64,000 nt of DNA, taken from the NCBI GenBank assembly GCA_036574205.1, contig JAINCQ010000040.1, positions 32,001 through 96,000 on the forward strand. The letters run 5' to 3'. Within the stretch, counting starts at the first letter, position 1. Each line of letters begins with the position of its first letter. Positions 18,653 to 29,000 of the stretch are shown here, piece by piece. A program made the translations under genes and the position numbers. The notes beneath the pieces are model-generated. The model was given only the letters and a program-made list of their open reading frames with translations, was not told the DNA's origin and did not search any database. The DNA is from Elusimicrobiota bacterium. GTDB taxonomy: Bacteria; Elusimicrobiota; Elusimicrobia; Elusimicrobiales; UBA9959.

Positions 18653-19768
18653 TTACTCAAGCTCATGGCTATGAGGACCTATGCCAAAAGAAAGTTGAAT
18701 CCATGCCTCAGTAACTTTTTTCCCATTAATATTCCTATGTTTTCCAGTTAAACGCCAGAATGAAGTTTCAGTAAGATGCCCTGTGATTATGGCTGAAAAA
18801 GCTCTTTCGTATGAAATATCTGGAAATGCATTTTCCGAGTAATCAAATCTCAAGCCATAATCAAAGTATTTATTGGCTCTGTAGTTTATAAAAGAATAAA
18901 AACCATCTCTATTAATTTTTCCAGTAGGTACCTCTCTTCTAAGGTGCAGCCATTCATTTTGAAATGTTAGTTTTTTATAACTGGATGGAAACCATTTAAA
19001 TGTAATATCCAAGCCAACTATCTCAACATTGTCGTTAAAACGCATATTTTCTTCAGGATGCTTATAGTGAGGTCCTCTACCTTTAAGTCCACTAAAACCA
19101 ACTTCAAGTTCTTTCTGACTTCCTATCTCAAATGAAGAATTCCATCTAGCAGTATAGACCTTATCAGCTGGAGAAAAAGAAGAATCATGATGATCTTCCT
19201 CATCATGATGATGGGCGTTTATTTTCCAGAATCCTGCTTGAAGTTGACTGTAGAAAGGCAGTACAGGAATTAAATATTTAAGTGTCATTCCCTGCCCTCC
19301 AAGCTCATGCTCACCTAAAAATTTCTCTAAAACAAAAGGTCTGTCAGTTGTTGGAAGATGATGAGTATGAAGTTTGTTTAACTTTCCAAAATCGATATGT
19401 ACTTTTCCTATTTCTGCTGAAAAACCATATCCAAGATTTAAAAAACTTGCTTTTGCCTCGCATATCTCAGTTTCATACTCATCACCATGTTTATGAATGG
19501 CAAGTATAATGTCAGCTCTCATTTCAGGATAAATATATCCTTGAAATGCAGTTTCAACTTCATTGATATAAAGATCATTTCTACCTTCATCTTTTTTATC
19601 ATCGCTTGTATAGCCAACTATGTTAACCAGAGCACTTACATCTGGAAGATTTATAGGCTTGCCTCTCATCCCTTGAGGAGGCGTTCCCTGGCTAAAATTA
19701 GAAATGTCTGCCGATTTAACATATTGAGATAAGAATAACATAACAAATACAAAAAACATTTTTTTCAT
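18653..19768 (-). CDS. His-rich outer-membrane beta-barrel protein, probable metal channel
   Basis: Signal peptide, alternating hydrophobic strands, FGKLNKLHTH, HHHDEEDHH loop, C-terminal WIQLSFGIGPHSH; no TonB plug apparent. Confidence 0.7.
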   Translation of the reverse strand: MKKMFFVFVMLFLSQYVKSADISNFSQGTPPQGMRGKPINLPDVSALVNIVGYTSDDKKDEGRNDLYINEVETAFQGYIYPEMRADIILAIHKHGDEYETEICEAKASFLNLGYGFSAEIGKVHIDFGKLNKLHTHHLPTTDRPFVLEKFLGEHELGGQGMTLKYLIPVLPFYSQLQAGFWKINAHHHDEEDHHDSSFSPADKVYTARWNSSFEIGSQKELEVGFSGLKGRGPHYKHPEENMRFNDNVEIVGLDITFKWFPSSYKKLTFQNEWLHLRREVPTGKINRDGFYSFINYRANKYFDYGLRFDYSENAFPDISYERAFSAIITGHLTETSFWRLTGKHRNINGKKVTEAWIQLSFGIGPHSHELE

Positions 19769-19832
19769 ATAACCTCCTTAACATTTAAATAACCTTAAAT
19801 TCAAAGACACAAAAGATATAGATATATATAAC

Positions 19833-20129
19833 TCAGCAAGGATTTTTTAACAGAATTGGAGGTGAGCGTATTAATGTTTTATAGAAAAAATTTTCGACTA
19901 ATATGTTTTCAAAAGATAGTTGAATAGTTAAAATAAAACCTTCAGGTTTATTAATAAGCTTATTCCCAAAATCTGAATTAACTTGAGGCGAAGTTATAGA
20001 GATACAAACAGCACATTCACCATCTTCATGTGTATGCCCTTTTTCATTTATATGCAATGGCCATACTATAAGAAGAATCAAAGATATAATGAGATTGAGT
20101 AAAAAAGCAAATTTATTTTTTTTACTCAT
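19833..20129 (-). CDS. DUF2946-like small membrane leader protein (HxH..CxxC, C-terminal RSPP)
   Basis: N-terminal TM helix, GHTHEDGECAVC, IRSPP near the C-terminus; first gene of the metal-uptake operon. Confidence 0.7.
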   Translation of the reverse strand: MSKKNKFAFLLNLIISLILLIVWPLHINEKGHTHEDGECAVCISITSPQVNSDFGNKLINKPEGFILTIQLSFENILVENFFYKTLIRSPPILLKNPC

Positions 20130-20207
20130 AGCAAAATTTTACAAATTTATACTTTTTAAATCAAATCACTTTTTTTAAATTTGCTATAATTAAATTTGGA
20201 GATAACT

Positions 20208-20840
20208 ATGAAGATAGTGAGAGAAGCGTATTTAGTTGTATTATTAAGTTTAACAGGTCTTTGTTTTTCATTATATGCCATCAGATTCTCAAAGCTTTCA
20301 TATATACTTGTATTTTTATTTTTAACTACTTTAGTGTTTTCTTTGTATTTTTTCAGAGATCCTAAGCGCAATATTCAATTTAGTGAAGATGAAATAGCAT
20401 CTCCTGCAGATGGAACTATCATTTCAATAAGCAATGAAAACTTTAGTGATATTCTTGTTGTAAGAATTTTCTTATCAGTGTTTGATGTTCATCTGCAAAG
20501 AACCCCTATAAATGGAAAAGTAAAAGATATAACATTTACCCCAGGAAAATTTCATATAGCATATAAGCCCCAGGCAAAGGATAACCAAAGAAACATAATA
20601 AAAATAGAAGGAGAAAACAATAAATGGGCATGGGTTGAACAGATAACTGGCGCAATAGCCAGAAGAATAGTATCATATGTTAAGGTTGGAGACTATGTAA
20701 AAACTGGTGATAAGATAGGAATGATTTATTTCGGTTCGCAGGTTGCATTATATCTGCCAAAGGATGTTGAATTAAAAGTCTCAGTGGGAGATAAGGTAAA
20801 AGCCGGGGAAACATTGCTGGGTTTATGGAAGAAGAATTAA
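20208..20840 (+). CDS. psd: Phosphatidylserine decarboxylase proenzyme
   Basis: YFFRDP, SPADG, IFLSVFDVH..RTP, QITGAIARRI, cleavage motif FGS; adjacent to pssA. Confidence 0.93.
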   Translation: MKIVREAYLVVLLSLTGLCFSLYAIRFSKLSYILVFLFLTTLVFSLYFFRDPKRNIQFSEDEIASPADGTIISISNENFSDILVVRIFLSVFDVHLQRTPINGKVKDITFTPGKFHIAYKPQAKDNQRNIIKIEGENNKWAWVEQITGAIARRIVSYVKVGDYVKTGDKIGMIYFGSQVALYLPKDVELKVSVGDKVKAGETLLGLWKKN

Positions 20841-21625
20841 ATAAAACTTCATCTATAAAAATAAAAACTAAAAACGCAATTCCATCTATATTTACTCTTT
20901 CCAATATGGCATTCGGGATGATGGCTATTTTAAGCATATCGAGAGAGGAGTATATAACAGCATGTTATTTTATAATAGGCTCATACATTATGGATATACT
21001 TGATGGAAGAGTGGCAAGATTTATAGGCGCGGAGACAGAAATAGGAATTGAACTTGATTCATTTTCTGACTGGTTATCCTTTGGTATAGCACCAGCTTAT
21101 ATGATATATGAATTTGCGCTTAAAGAATATGGTATTGTCGCCTATCCCGTAGTCCTTATATATGTTATATGTGGCGCATTAAGGCTTGTCAGATTCAATC
21201 TTAAATCACTATCAGGAGAAAGCTCAAAAACTTTTTTTCAAGGGCTACCAATACCAGCTGCAGCAGGTGTGATAGTATTTTTCGTTTTATCTTATTCAAT
21301 AATAGAAAGCGATTTACCTTCAAAAACAATATCTCTTTTAAACAAACACATGCCACTGCTTTATACTATATTCCCATTTATAATGATAATTATATCTCTT
21401 TTGATGATATCATCAGTACCATATGTTGCGCTAAAATCAGGGAAAAACTTTAAAGTAAAATCTCCATTGGGTTTATTAGCAACAGTTTCTGTTATCTTTC
21501 TTTTTATTTTTTACCCGCAAAATGCTTTATTAATATTCTTTTTCTTATACGCCATATCTGGCATAATATATTTCTTTTATAGATTATTTTTCTCAAAAAA
21601 TACCGGAAACACTGAAAATAAATAA
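20825..21625 (+). CDS. pssA: CDP-diacylglycerol--serine O-phosphatidyltransferase
   Basis: CDP-alcohol phosphotransferase motif DILDGRVAR...GIELDSFSD; LRLVRFN, FQGLPIP. Confidence 0.93.
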   Translation: MEEELNKTSSIKIKTKNAIPSIFTLSNMAFGMMAILSISREEYITACYFIIGSYIMDILDGRVARFIGAETEIGIELDSFSDWLSFGIAPAYMIYEFALKEYGIVAYPVVLIYVICGALRLVRFNLKSLSGESSKTFFQGLPIPAAAGVIVFFVLSYSIIESDLPSKTISLLNKHMPLLYTIFPFIMIIISLLMISSVPYVALKSGKNFKVKSPLGLLATVSVIFLFIFYPQNALLIFFFLYAISGIIYFFYRLFFSKNTGNTENK

Positions 21626-21634
21626 TTTTTTTAA

Positions 21635-23110
21635 CTAACTTTTTTTTGGGAAAAGAGGAGGAATTTTTTCTGATTTTTGTTCGCTACCTCTGGCATCTCC
21701 AATAGCAAGATACATATTCATTCTCGCTGATGTATCAGGCATAAACGGATAAATCCATCTTGAAATAAGTCTCAGACACCATACTGTTTCATTAAGAAAC
21801 TTTCTTAAGCCCTCAAGATTATCCTTAGCCATATCCCATGGCTTTTTATCTCCAATCTCCCTATTTACTATAGCGATTGCCTTCCATATATTATCAAGAG
21901 CAACTGAAAATTGAAGAGACTCTATACTTTCGTAAATATCTTTTTGCATATCAAGAAGTCTTGAAAAAAGTTCGGATTCTTCGGGTTTTTCAGGCATAAC
22001 ATTATCAAGATATTTTTTAATCATATTAATAACTCTTGAAAATAAGTTTCCAAGTCCATTAGCGAGATCAGCATTATATCTTACCTTAAGCATTTGTGTT
22101 GAAAAATCTCCATCCTGTCCAAAAGGGACTTCCCTGAATATAAAATATCTGAAAACATCCACACCATACTCCTGAACTATATCTATAGGATTTATTATAT
22201 TCCCTCTTGACTTAGACATCTTTTCACCCTCTACAGTCCACCATCCATGCGAATAAACTTTTTTAGGAAGTGGAAGTCCTAAAGACATCAGCATAGCAGG
22301 CCATATTACACAATGAAACCTTGATATTTCTTTGCCTATAAGATGGACATCGCATGGCCATAAACTTTTAAATACCTCATTGTTTTCATCTTCCGCTCTG
22401 TATCCCGCTCCAGTTATATAATTAAGCAAAGCATCAAACCAAACGTAAATTGTATGGCGACTATCACTTAAAACAGGTATTCCCCATTTAACCCTGGTTC
22501 TTGAAACAGATATATCCTTTAATCCACTTTCCACAAACCTTAATATCTCAGGCGCTCTAAACGACGGGGATAAAAACTCTGGATTTTTATTATAATATTC
22601 AAGAAGTCTTTCCTGATATTTTGAAAGTTTAAAAAAATAAGTTTCTTCATTGACTTTTTCAACCGGTTTTTTATGTATAGGGCACATACCGTTAATAAGT
22701 TCAGATTCATCATAAAAGTTTTCACATGAACTACAATAAAGCCCATCATATTCACCTTTATATATATCCCCGTTTGCTATCATCTTCTCAAATATAACCT
22801 GAACCTGTCTAACATGATTGTCATCAGTAGTTCTTATAAAATAATCATATTCTATATGAAGGCTGTGCCACATATCTTTAAATTCGCCAACTATGATATC
22901 AGCCCATTCCTTTGGCGATTTTAAATTTTCCCTTGCAACTCTCTCTATATTTATCCCATGTTCATCCGTACCAGTTTGAAGGTAAACCTCTTTGCCTGTG
23001 GCTTTTAAATGTCTTTTAAGCACATCGGCAGCAAGTGTGGTATAGGCATGTCCTATATGCGGCTTTGAATTAACATAATAAAGCGGAGTGGATATATAAT
23101 ATTTTTTCAT
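21635..23110 (-). CDS. metG: Methionine--tRNA ligase (short form)
   Basis: YYVNSKPHIGH, GTDEHG, YVWFDAL, KMSKS. Confidence 0.97.
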   Translation of the reverse strand: MKKYYISTPLYYVNSKPHIGHAYTTLAADVLKRHLKATGKEVYLQTGTDEHGINIERVARENLKSPKEWADIIVGEFKDMWHSLHIEYDYFIRTTDDNHVRQVQVIFEKMIANGDIYKGEYDGLYCSSCENFYDESELINGMCPIHKKPVEKVNEETYFFKLSKYQERLLEYYNKNPEFLSPSFRAPEILRFVESGLKDISVSRTRVKWGIPVLSDSRHTIYVWFDALLNYITGAGYRAEDENNEVFKSLWPCDVHLIGKEISRFHCVIWPAMLMSLGLPLPKKVYSHGWWTVEGEKMSKSRGNIINPIDIVQEYGVDVFRYFIFREVPFGQDGDFSTQMLKVRYNADLANGLGNLFSRVINMIKKYLDNVMPEKPEESELFSRLLDMQKDIYESIESLQFSVALDNIWKAIAIVNREIGDKKPWDMAKDNLEGLRKFLNETVWCLRLISRWIYPFMPDTSARMNMYLAIGDARGSEQKSEKIPPLFPKKS

Positions 23111-24090
23111 AAAACAACTCCCTTAATAAAATAGTTAAAATTTTTGAGAAATTTGTAAATAACAACCGTTAATATAATCTTTGTGTTTACGTTTCTTTTA
23201 ATATACTCTTTATATTTAAAATTTTCTCTCAAAAGCTCAAGAATCTGTTCCATCCCTGCATTCCCCTCTCCAATTTTAAGATATAAATAAGCATTTATAA
23301 AATTAATAACAAGATTTGCAAATTCTCTGAAATCCCCTCTTTTTGAAAGCTTTGAAACAATTAAAAAAGGGGATAAAGAGCGGTAAATAGAAACTTCACT
23401 AAAAATACTTAATATTTCATCATATTTTAAAGCAATAGAAACCGAACCTTCGCTTAACTTAGCTAATAACTCAGCTCTTTTAAACTCGTAATTTTTAGAT
23501 ATAAGGATATCCATCACATCCTGCTCTCTCAATTTTTTAAACATTATTTTATAGCATCTGGAAAGAACAGTTGGAAGTAGTAAATTTGGATTTGATGAAA
23601 CAAGCAATATAACAGTATTTTGCGGTGGTTCCTCAAGAGTTTTAAGCATAGAATTCTGGGCATCAATAGTCATCTTATCAGCCGTATCTATAATTATAAC
23701 CTTCCTTTGACAAAAGGAAGGGCTTAAATTTGAAAACTTTATAACCTCACGCAATGTATCTATCTTTAAACTTTTTTGATCCTCAATTTTCTCATTCAAA
23801 AGCGCAGCCTGATATCCCATATTAACAAGCAAAAAGTCTGGATGAATACCTTTATCAAACATATTTTCGCATTCTGATTTTTTATCCTCATCGGCTATTG
23901 CGCCAAACAAATTAGAATCTCCGCCGCAATATTTTAAAAGTATCTCTCTGGCAAACTCTTTTGCGACCATAAGTTTCCCAATCCCATCTTTGCCGTAAAA
24001 AATGATAGTTGAGGGAATTTCACCCAAATCAATCATTTGTTTTAGTTTTTCAATAATGTTTCTATGACCCTTTATAAATTCAAAAGACAT
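23107..24090 (-). CDS. holB: DNA polymerase III delta' subunit
   Basis: HPDF, AQNSMLKTLEEPP, LLPTVLSRC; tmk-holB synteny. Confidence 0.9.
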   Translation of the reverse strand: MSFEFIKGHRNIIEKLKQMIDLGEIPSTIIFYGKDGIGKLMVAKEFAREILLKYCGGDSNLFGAIADEDKKSECENMFDKGIHPDFLLVNMGYQAALLNEKIEDQKSLKIDTLREVIKFSNLSPSFCQRKVIIIDTADKMTIDAQNSMLKTLEEPPQNTVILLVSSNPNLLLPTVLSRCYKIMFKKLREQDVMDILISKNYEFKRAELLAKLSEGSVSIALKYDEILSIFSEVSIYRSLSPFLIVSKLSKRGDFREFANLVINFINAYLYLKIGEGNAGMEQILELLRENFKYKEYIKRNVNTKIILTVVIYKFLKNFNYFIKGVVL

Positions 24091-24719
24091 TTTACCTTCT
24101 TCAAAACAACCTTTCCAATATACTCACTTATCTTGTGTATTGGCTTTGACGCATCAATAAGTACAATATCTCTGGTTTTACTGAAAATTTTAGAATAACC
24201 CATATTAACCCTTCTTCTAAAATCCTCATCTTCCTGTTCAATCCTATCGTTATCCCCTCTATTTCTTTTTTCATATTCTTCATCCGATATCTTAAAACCT
24301 ACAATAATATCAGGTTTAAGGCCTAAAGTTGCTATATCGTTTAAATCTTTAACCAATTTCAATTCTATCTTCCTTCCATACCCCTGATATGCCATAGTAG
24401 CAATAGTAAATCTGTCGCAGATAACTATATACCCCTTGTCAATGGCAGGCTTTATTTTTTCAAAAACATGCTGCGCTCTTGAAGCCTCATAGAGCAAAAG
24501 TTCAGTTAATGGAAATATTTTATTTGAAGGATCCAGCAATATTTCCCGTATTTTTTCCCCTACATCTGTGCCACCAGGTTCTCTTGTCATTAAAACTTTA
24601 AATCCACTTTTTTTTAAAAAATCACACAACAACTTAGCCTGAGTAGTTTTTCCACTTCTATCAGGTCCTTCAAAAAGTATAAATACACCCTTTTTTTTAC
24701 CTCCATTAACTTTTTTCAT
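24072..24719 (-). CDS. tmk: Thymidylate kinase
   Basis: FEGPDRSGKTTQ, TREPGG, CDRF, AYQGYGR. Confidence 0.96.
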   Translation of the reverse strand: MKKVNGGKKKGVFILFEGPDRSGKTTQAKLLCDFLKKSGFKVLMTREPGGTDVGEKIREILLDPSNKIFPLTELLLYEASRAQHVFEKIKPAIDKGYIVICDRFTIATMAYQGYGRKIELKLVKDLNDIATLGLKPDIIVGFKISDEEYEKRNRGDNDRIEQEDEDFRRRVNMGYSKIFSKTRDIVLIDASKPIHKISEYIGKVVLKKVKCLLNL

Positions 24720-24777
24720 AGAATAATATTTTATAAAATTTAATTATAATATAAATTAAACTTATCAAGGAGATGAA

Positions 24778-25233
24778 ATGCCAATTGAAAAAACTCTTTT
24801 ACTAATAAAACCGGATGCTGCTAAAAGAAAACTGACAGGACTTATAATAGACAGACTTGAAAACTCAGGTTTTGAAATGGTAGCTGCAAAACTTGTAAAG
24901 GTAAGCGATTCCTTAGCAAGAAAACATTATGAAGCATTAAAAGATCAGCCATTTTTTGAAAACCTCATAAAATACATAAAAGGAGAATTTCATAACATAC
25001 CTAATAATAAAATACTTGCTCTTGTATATAAGGGAGAAAATGTTGTAGCGGAAATGAGAAAGATTGTTGGAAAAACAAACCCGGAAGAAGCCGACCCAAC
25101 TACAATAAGAGGGTCATTTGGAAGGATAACAACAAATGGACAATTTGAAAATGTTATACATGCAAGTGGAAATACTGAAGATGCTGAGAGAGAAATAAAA
25201 TTATGGTTTAAGCCGGAAGAAATAATAGAATGA
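24778..25233 (+). CDS. ndk: Nucleoside diphosphate kinase
   Basis: EKTLLLIKPDA, GKTNP...TIRGSFG, NVIHASG, EIKLWF. Confidence 0.96.
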   Translation: MPIEKTLLLIKPDAAKRKLTGLIIDRLENSGFEMVAAKLVKVSDSLARKHYEALKDQPFFENLIKYIKGEFHNIPNNKILALVYKGENVVAEMRKIVGKTNPEEADPTTIRGSFGRITTNGQFENVIHASGNTEDAEREIKLWFKPEEIIE

Positions 25234-26099
25234 AAAAAAACATTTTCTTGTGTTTTTTGCTTTTTGTATTTTCATGCTTTTTGTTTTCACAGGAAAGTGT
25301 ATTTCTTGAAACAGATGACGGATGGAAAATACATGCTAAATTTGTAAAACCAAAAAAAGATTTTATCCCAACGCTTTTATTAATACATTCTCAGAAATCA
25401 AATCATACTGAATGGAAGAAGTGGTTTGGGGATATAGAAAAATACGGATTTGGCTGGATGGCATTAGATTTAAGAGGGCATGGAATTTCAACATATAAAA
25501 CTGATGGAAGCACTCAAAGCTATCTGTCCTTTTCTATCTCTGATTTCAGTAATGATTATAATAAAATGATAAGGGATATAGATTCTGCTGTAATATATCT
25601 TTCTTCTATGGGAATAACAGAGGATAAAATAATCCTGGTCGGTTCAAACTTAGGGGCAAATTTAGCTATGAAATATGCTGCAATAAATAAAAATATATAT
25701 GCTGCAGTAGTTATAAACCCTTCTACCAATATAAATGATGTTTTAACAGTTAACCCGGCAAGGCTTTACGGAGAAAGACCTATTTTGTTTGTAACATCAC
25801 AAAATAATAGAAGGAAAATGGGAGAAGGGCTTATACTTTATGAAATAACAAAGAAAAAAACAGGTTTTGAAAATACTTTTTTAATTGTTGAATATGCATT
25901 TAAGTCTGCTGATGATATCTCAAAATCAGGAATATACAAAATTTTAAACTGGATAAAAAATCCAGTTATGCCAAAAATTATAGAGATTGACGATATTTTA
26001 ATATCGTCCCAAACAGTTATTGATACAATTACTGCATCTTCGCCATATATTATATTAAATGATGATGAAGAAAAGGAGAATAAAAAAAAGAATGAATAA
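25230..26099 (+). CDS. Secreted alpha/beta hydrolase-fold protein, probably catalytically degenerate
   Basis: Signal peptide, ALDLRGHG; nucleophile elbow reads GSNLG. Confidence 0.75.
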   Translation: MKKNIFLCFLLFVFSCFLFSQESVFLETDDGWKIHAKFVKPKKDFIPTLLLIHSQKSNHTEWKKWFGDIEKYGFGWMALDLRGHGISTYKTDGSTQSYLSFSISDFSNDYNKMIRDIDSAVIYLSSMGITEDKIILVGSNLGANLAMKYAAINKNIYAAVVINPSTNINDVLTVNPARLYGERPILFVTSQNNRRKMGEGLILYEITKKKTGFENTFLIVEYAFKSADDISKSGIYKILNWIKNPVMPKIIEIDDILISSQTVIDTITASSPYIILNDDEEKENKKKNE

Positions 26100-27000
26100 A
26101 AAAGAGGATAATTTTTTAATTTATTCCAGACTTCCAACTGAAAAAATAAATAAGAACACGTTTAATATAGATAGAATTGATATTTTAAGTGTTGTGAAAA
26201 AATTAAATGATGAAGATAAAAAAATCCCATTAGCAATTTCAAAAAAGCTAAAAGAAATAGCAAAAGCGGCACAAATCGTTTCTGATGCTTTTTTAAATGG
26301 TAAAAAAACTTTATTTATTGGCGCAGGCACAAGCGGGAGACTTGGAGTTTTAGAGGCGGTAGAATTAGTTCCAACATATGGAGTTAATTCAAACAGATTT
26401 ATACCCATAATAGCTGGTGGGAAAACTGCTATGTTTAAAGCTAAAGAAGGTGCTGAAGATTTATATATAAATGGGAAGAAAGAGATTAAAAAAATCGGCA
26501 AAGAAGGTGATATATTGATAGCTATTGCAGCAAGCGGCATAACCCCATATGTAAGAGGAGCAATAGATCAAGCTAAAGATCAAAAAATGAAAGTTATATT
26601 CATAACCTCAAACACAAAAATAGAAACAAATAAAGCTGATATTACAATAGCAGTAGATGTAGGACCTGAGCCTATAAATGGATCCACACGAATGAAAAGT
26701 GGAACAGCAACCAAGCTTGTTTTAAACATGATTACCACCTCCGCAATGGTATTATCAGGAAAGGTATATCACAACTGGATGGTGGATTTAAAACCAACAA
26801 ATTATAAATTAATTTTAAGAGCCCAGAGAATCTTTTGCGAGATAACTGGCAAGGATATAAAAACAGCAAAAAAAATTTTAAAGGAAACAAATTACGATTT
26901 AAAAACGGCAATTGTTATGGCTGTTAAGGGAATTTCACAAAAAGAAGCCAAAAAACTTATAAATGACAACAACGGTTTTTTAAAGAATATTATTGGATAA
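26092..27000 (+). CDS. murQ: N-acetylmuramic acid 6-phosphate etherase
   Basis: TEKIN, GAGTSGRLGVL, EGAED, AASGITPYV, GPEPINGSTRMKSGTATKLVLNM. Confidence 0.94.
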   Translation: MNKKEDNFLIYSRLPTEKINKNTFNIDRIDILSVVKKLNDEDKKIPLAISKKLKEIAKAAQIVSDAFLNGKKTLFIGAGTSGRLGVLEAVELVPTYGVNSNRFIPIIAGGKTAMFKAKEGAEDLYINGKKEIKKIGKEGDILIAIAASGITPYVRGAIDQAKDQKMKVIFITSNTKIETNKADITIAVDVGPEPINGSTRMKSGTATKLVLNMITTSAMVLSGKVYHNWMVDLKPTNYKLILRAQRIFCEITGKDIKTAKKILKETNYDLKTAIVMAVKGISQKEAKKLINDNNGFLKNIIG

Positions 27001-28980
27001 ATGAACTTTAACCTTATATCAAGATTCAAACCTAAAGGTGATCAACCCAAAGCAATACAAAAATTATTTGAAAATATAAAAAGCGGAGCAAGAAATCACA
27101 CTCTTTTAGGTGTTACTGGAAGTGGTAAGACCTTTACAATGGCAAATCTAATAGCAAAGCTAAACAAACCCGCTCTGGTAATTTCTCCAAATAAAGTTCT
27201 TGCAGCGCAACTTTATTCTGAGTTTAAAACTTTTTTTCCTAACAATCATGTTGAATATTTTATATCTTACTACGATTATTACCAGCCTGAAGCATACATT
27301 CCACAAACAGACACCTATATAGAAAAAGATGCCTCAATAAATGAGCATATAGACAAACTTAGAATAAAAGCCACAACCTCAGTTTTAAATTTTTCAGATA
27401 CTATTGTAGTAGCATCAGTATCGGCAATTTATAATATTGGTTCTCCAAAGAACTTTGAAAGGTTTACTTTTTTAATAAAAAAAGGAGACGAATTTAATAG
27501 AAAAACATTCATAGAAAGACTTGTTGAGATGGGATACACAAGGAATGATAATAAATTTGAAAGATCAAGTTTCAGGATAAGAGGAAATATAATAGATATT
27601 TTTCCATCAGATTCAGATAACTTTATAAGATTAGAAACTTCAAGTGTGATAGAGAACATAATAGAGATGGACCCGCTGAACATAACTGAAAGAGCCCGAC
27701 TTAATGAATATATAATTTCTCCAACCTCACATTTTATAACAGATTTTAACACTATAGAAATTGCTATAAAAAGCATACAAGAAGAACTCAATCAAAGATA
27801 TAAAGAACTTATGAAGATGAAAAAAACTTTATATGCTGAACGTTTAAAACAGAGAACAAACTATGATATAGAAATGTTAAGAACCACAGGCTTCTGTCAT
27901 GGCATAGAAAATTACTCAAGACACATTACACAAAGGCCTCCGGGAGCACGCCCAATATGTCTTATGGATTATTTTCCAGAAGATTACATATTATTTATAG
28001 ACGAATCTCACATATCAATTCCTCAAATCAGGGGAATGTATGAAGGGGATAGATCACGTAAGCAAACTCTTGTAGATTATGGCTTTAGACTTCCATCGGC
28101 TCTTGATAATAGACCTTTAAAATTTGAAGAATTTGAAAATATTAGACCTCAAACTATATTTGTCTCCGCAACACCAGGTCCATATGAGCTATCTATATCA
28201 GGCGAAAAAATAGTAGAGCAAATAATAAGGCCAACGGGACTTGTTGATCCAGAAATAAAAATAATGCCATATAATAACCAGATTAAATTTTTAATTGAAG
28301 AAATAAAAAAACAGATTGAAAAAAAACAGAGAACACTTGTCCTAACCCTGACAAAAAAAATTAGCGAAGATCTTTCAAATTTTTTTAACCAGAATAAAAT
28401 AAAATCAAGCTATATACATTCTTCCATGGATACCCTTGAAAGACTTGAGATAATAGAAAAATTCAGAAAAGGGGAATTTGATGTTCTTGTTGGAATAAAC
28501 CTTTTAAGGGAGGGTATAGATATTCCAGAAGTTTCTCTTGTAGCAATACTAAATGCTGATGCCAGCGGTTATCTAAGAAGCAAGACAACTTTAATACAAA
28601 TTTCAGGCAGAGCGGCAAGAAATAAATGCGGAAGGGTTTTGTTATTTGCTGACACAATTACTGAAGCTATTAAAGAAGCAAAATCTGAGATGGATAGACG
28701 AAGAAAGATACAGATTGAATATAACAAAAAACATAAAATAACACCACAAACAATACAAAAAGAATTTATAACCTATGAGGAACTAAGAAAACAGAAAAAT
28801 ACAAAAACAATTAAAACCATTGAAGAGATATACTCCAAAATAACCCCTGATAATCTAACTGAACTAATAAAAGAACTTGAAAGACAAATGAAAGAAGCAG
28901 CTGACAATTTGAACTTTGAGCTTGCAATAGAGATTAGAGATAAAATAAAATTTCTAAAAGATATGCAGGCAAAACATTGA
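27001..28980 (+). CDS. uvrB: Excinuclease ABC subunit B
   Basis: GDQP, LGVTGSGKTFT, YYDYYQPEAY, IDESH, GINLLREG, GRAARN, C-terminal UVR domain. Confidence 0.98.
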   Translation: MNFNLISRFKPKGDQPKAIQKLFENIKSGARNHTLLGVTGSGKTFTMANLIAKLNKPALVISPNKVLAAQLYSEFKTFFPNNHVEYFISYYDYYQPEAYIPQTDTYIEKDASINEHIDKLRIKATTSVLNFSDTIVVASVSAIYNIGSPKNFERFTFLIKKGDEFNRKTFIERLVEMGYTRNDNKFERSSFRIRGNIIDIFPSDSDNFIRLETSSVIENIIEMDPLNITERARLNEYIISPTSHFITDFNTIEIAIKSIQEELNQRYKELMKMKKTLYAERLKQRTNYDIEMLRTTGFCHGIENYSRHITQRPPGARPICLMDYFPEDYILFIDESHISIPQIRGMYEGDRSRKQTLVDYGFRLPSALDNRPLKFEEFENIRPQTIFVSATPGPYELSISGEKIVEQIIRPTGLVDPEIKIMPYNNQIKFLIEEIKKQIEKKQRTLVLTLTKKISEDLSNFFNQNKIKSSYIHSSMDTLERLEIIEKFRKGEFDVLVGINLLREGIDIPEVSLVAILNADASGYLRSKTTLIQISGRAARNKCGRVLLFADTITEAIKEAKSEMDRRRKIQIEYNKKHKITPQTIQKEFITYEELRKQKNTKTIKTIEEIYSKITPDNLTELIKELERQMKEAADNLNFELAIEIRDKIKFLKDMQAKH

Positions 28981-29000
28981 TAGTTTTATATAATTTACTT

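Noticed and set aside
16361..20129. Integrative element or prophage at tRNA-Leu
   Set aside because: No integrase and no duplicated tRNA 3' end was found.
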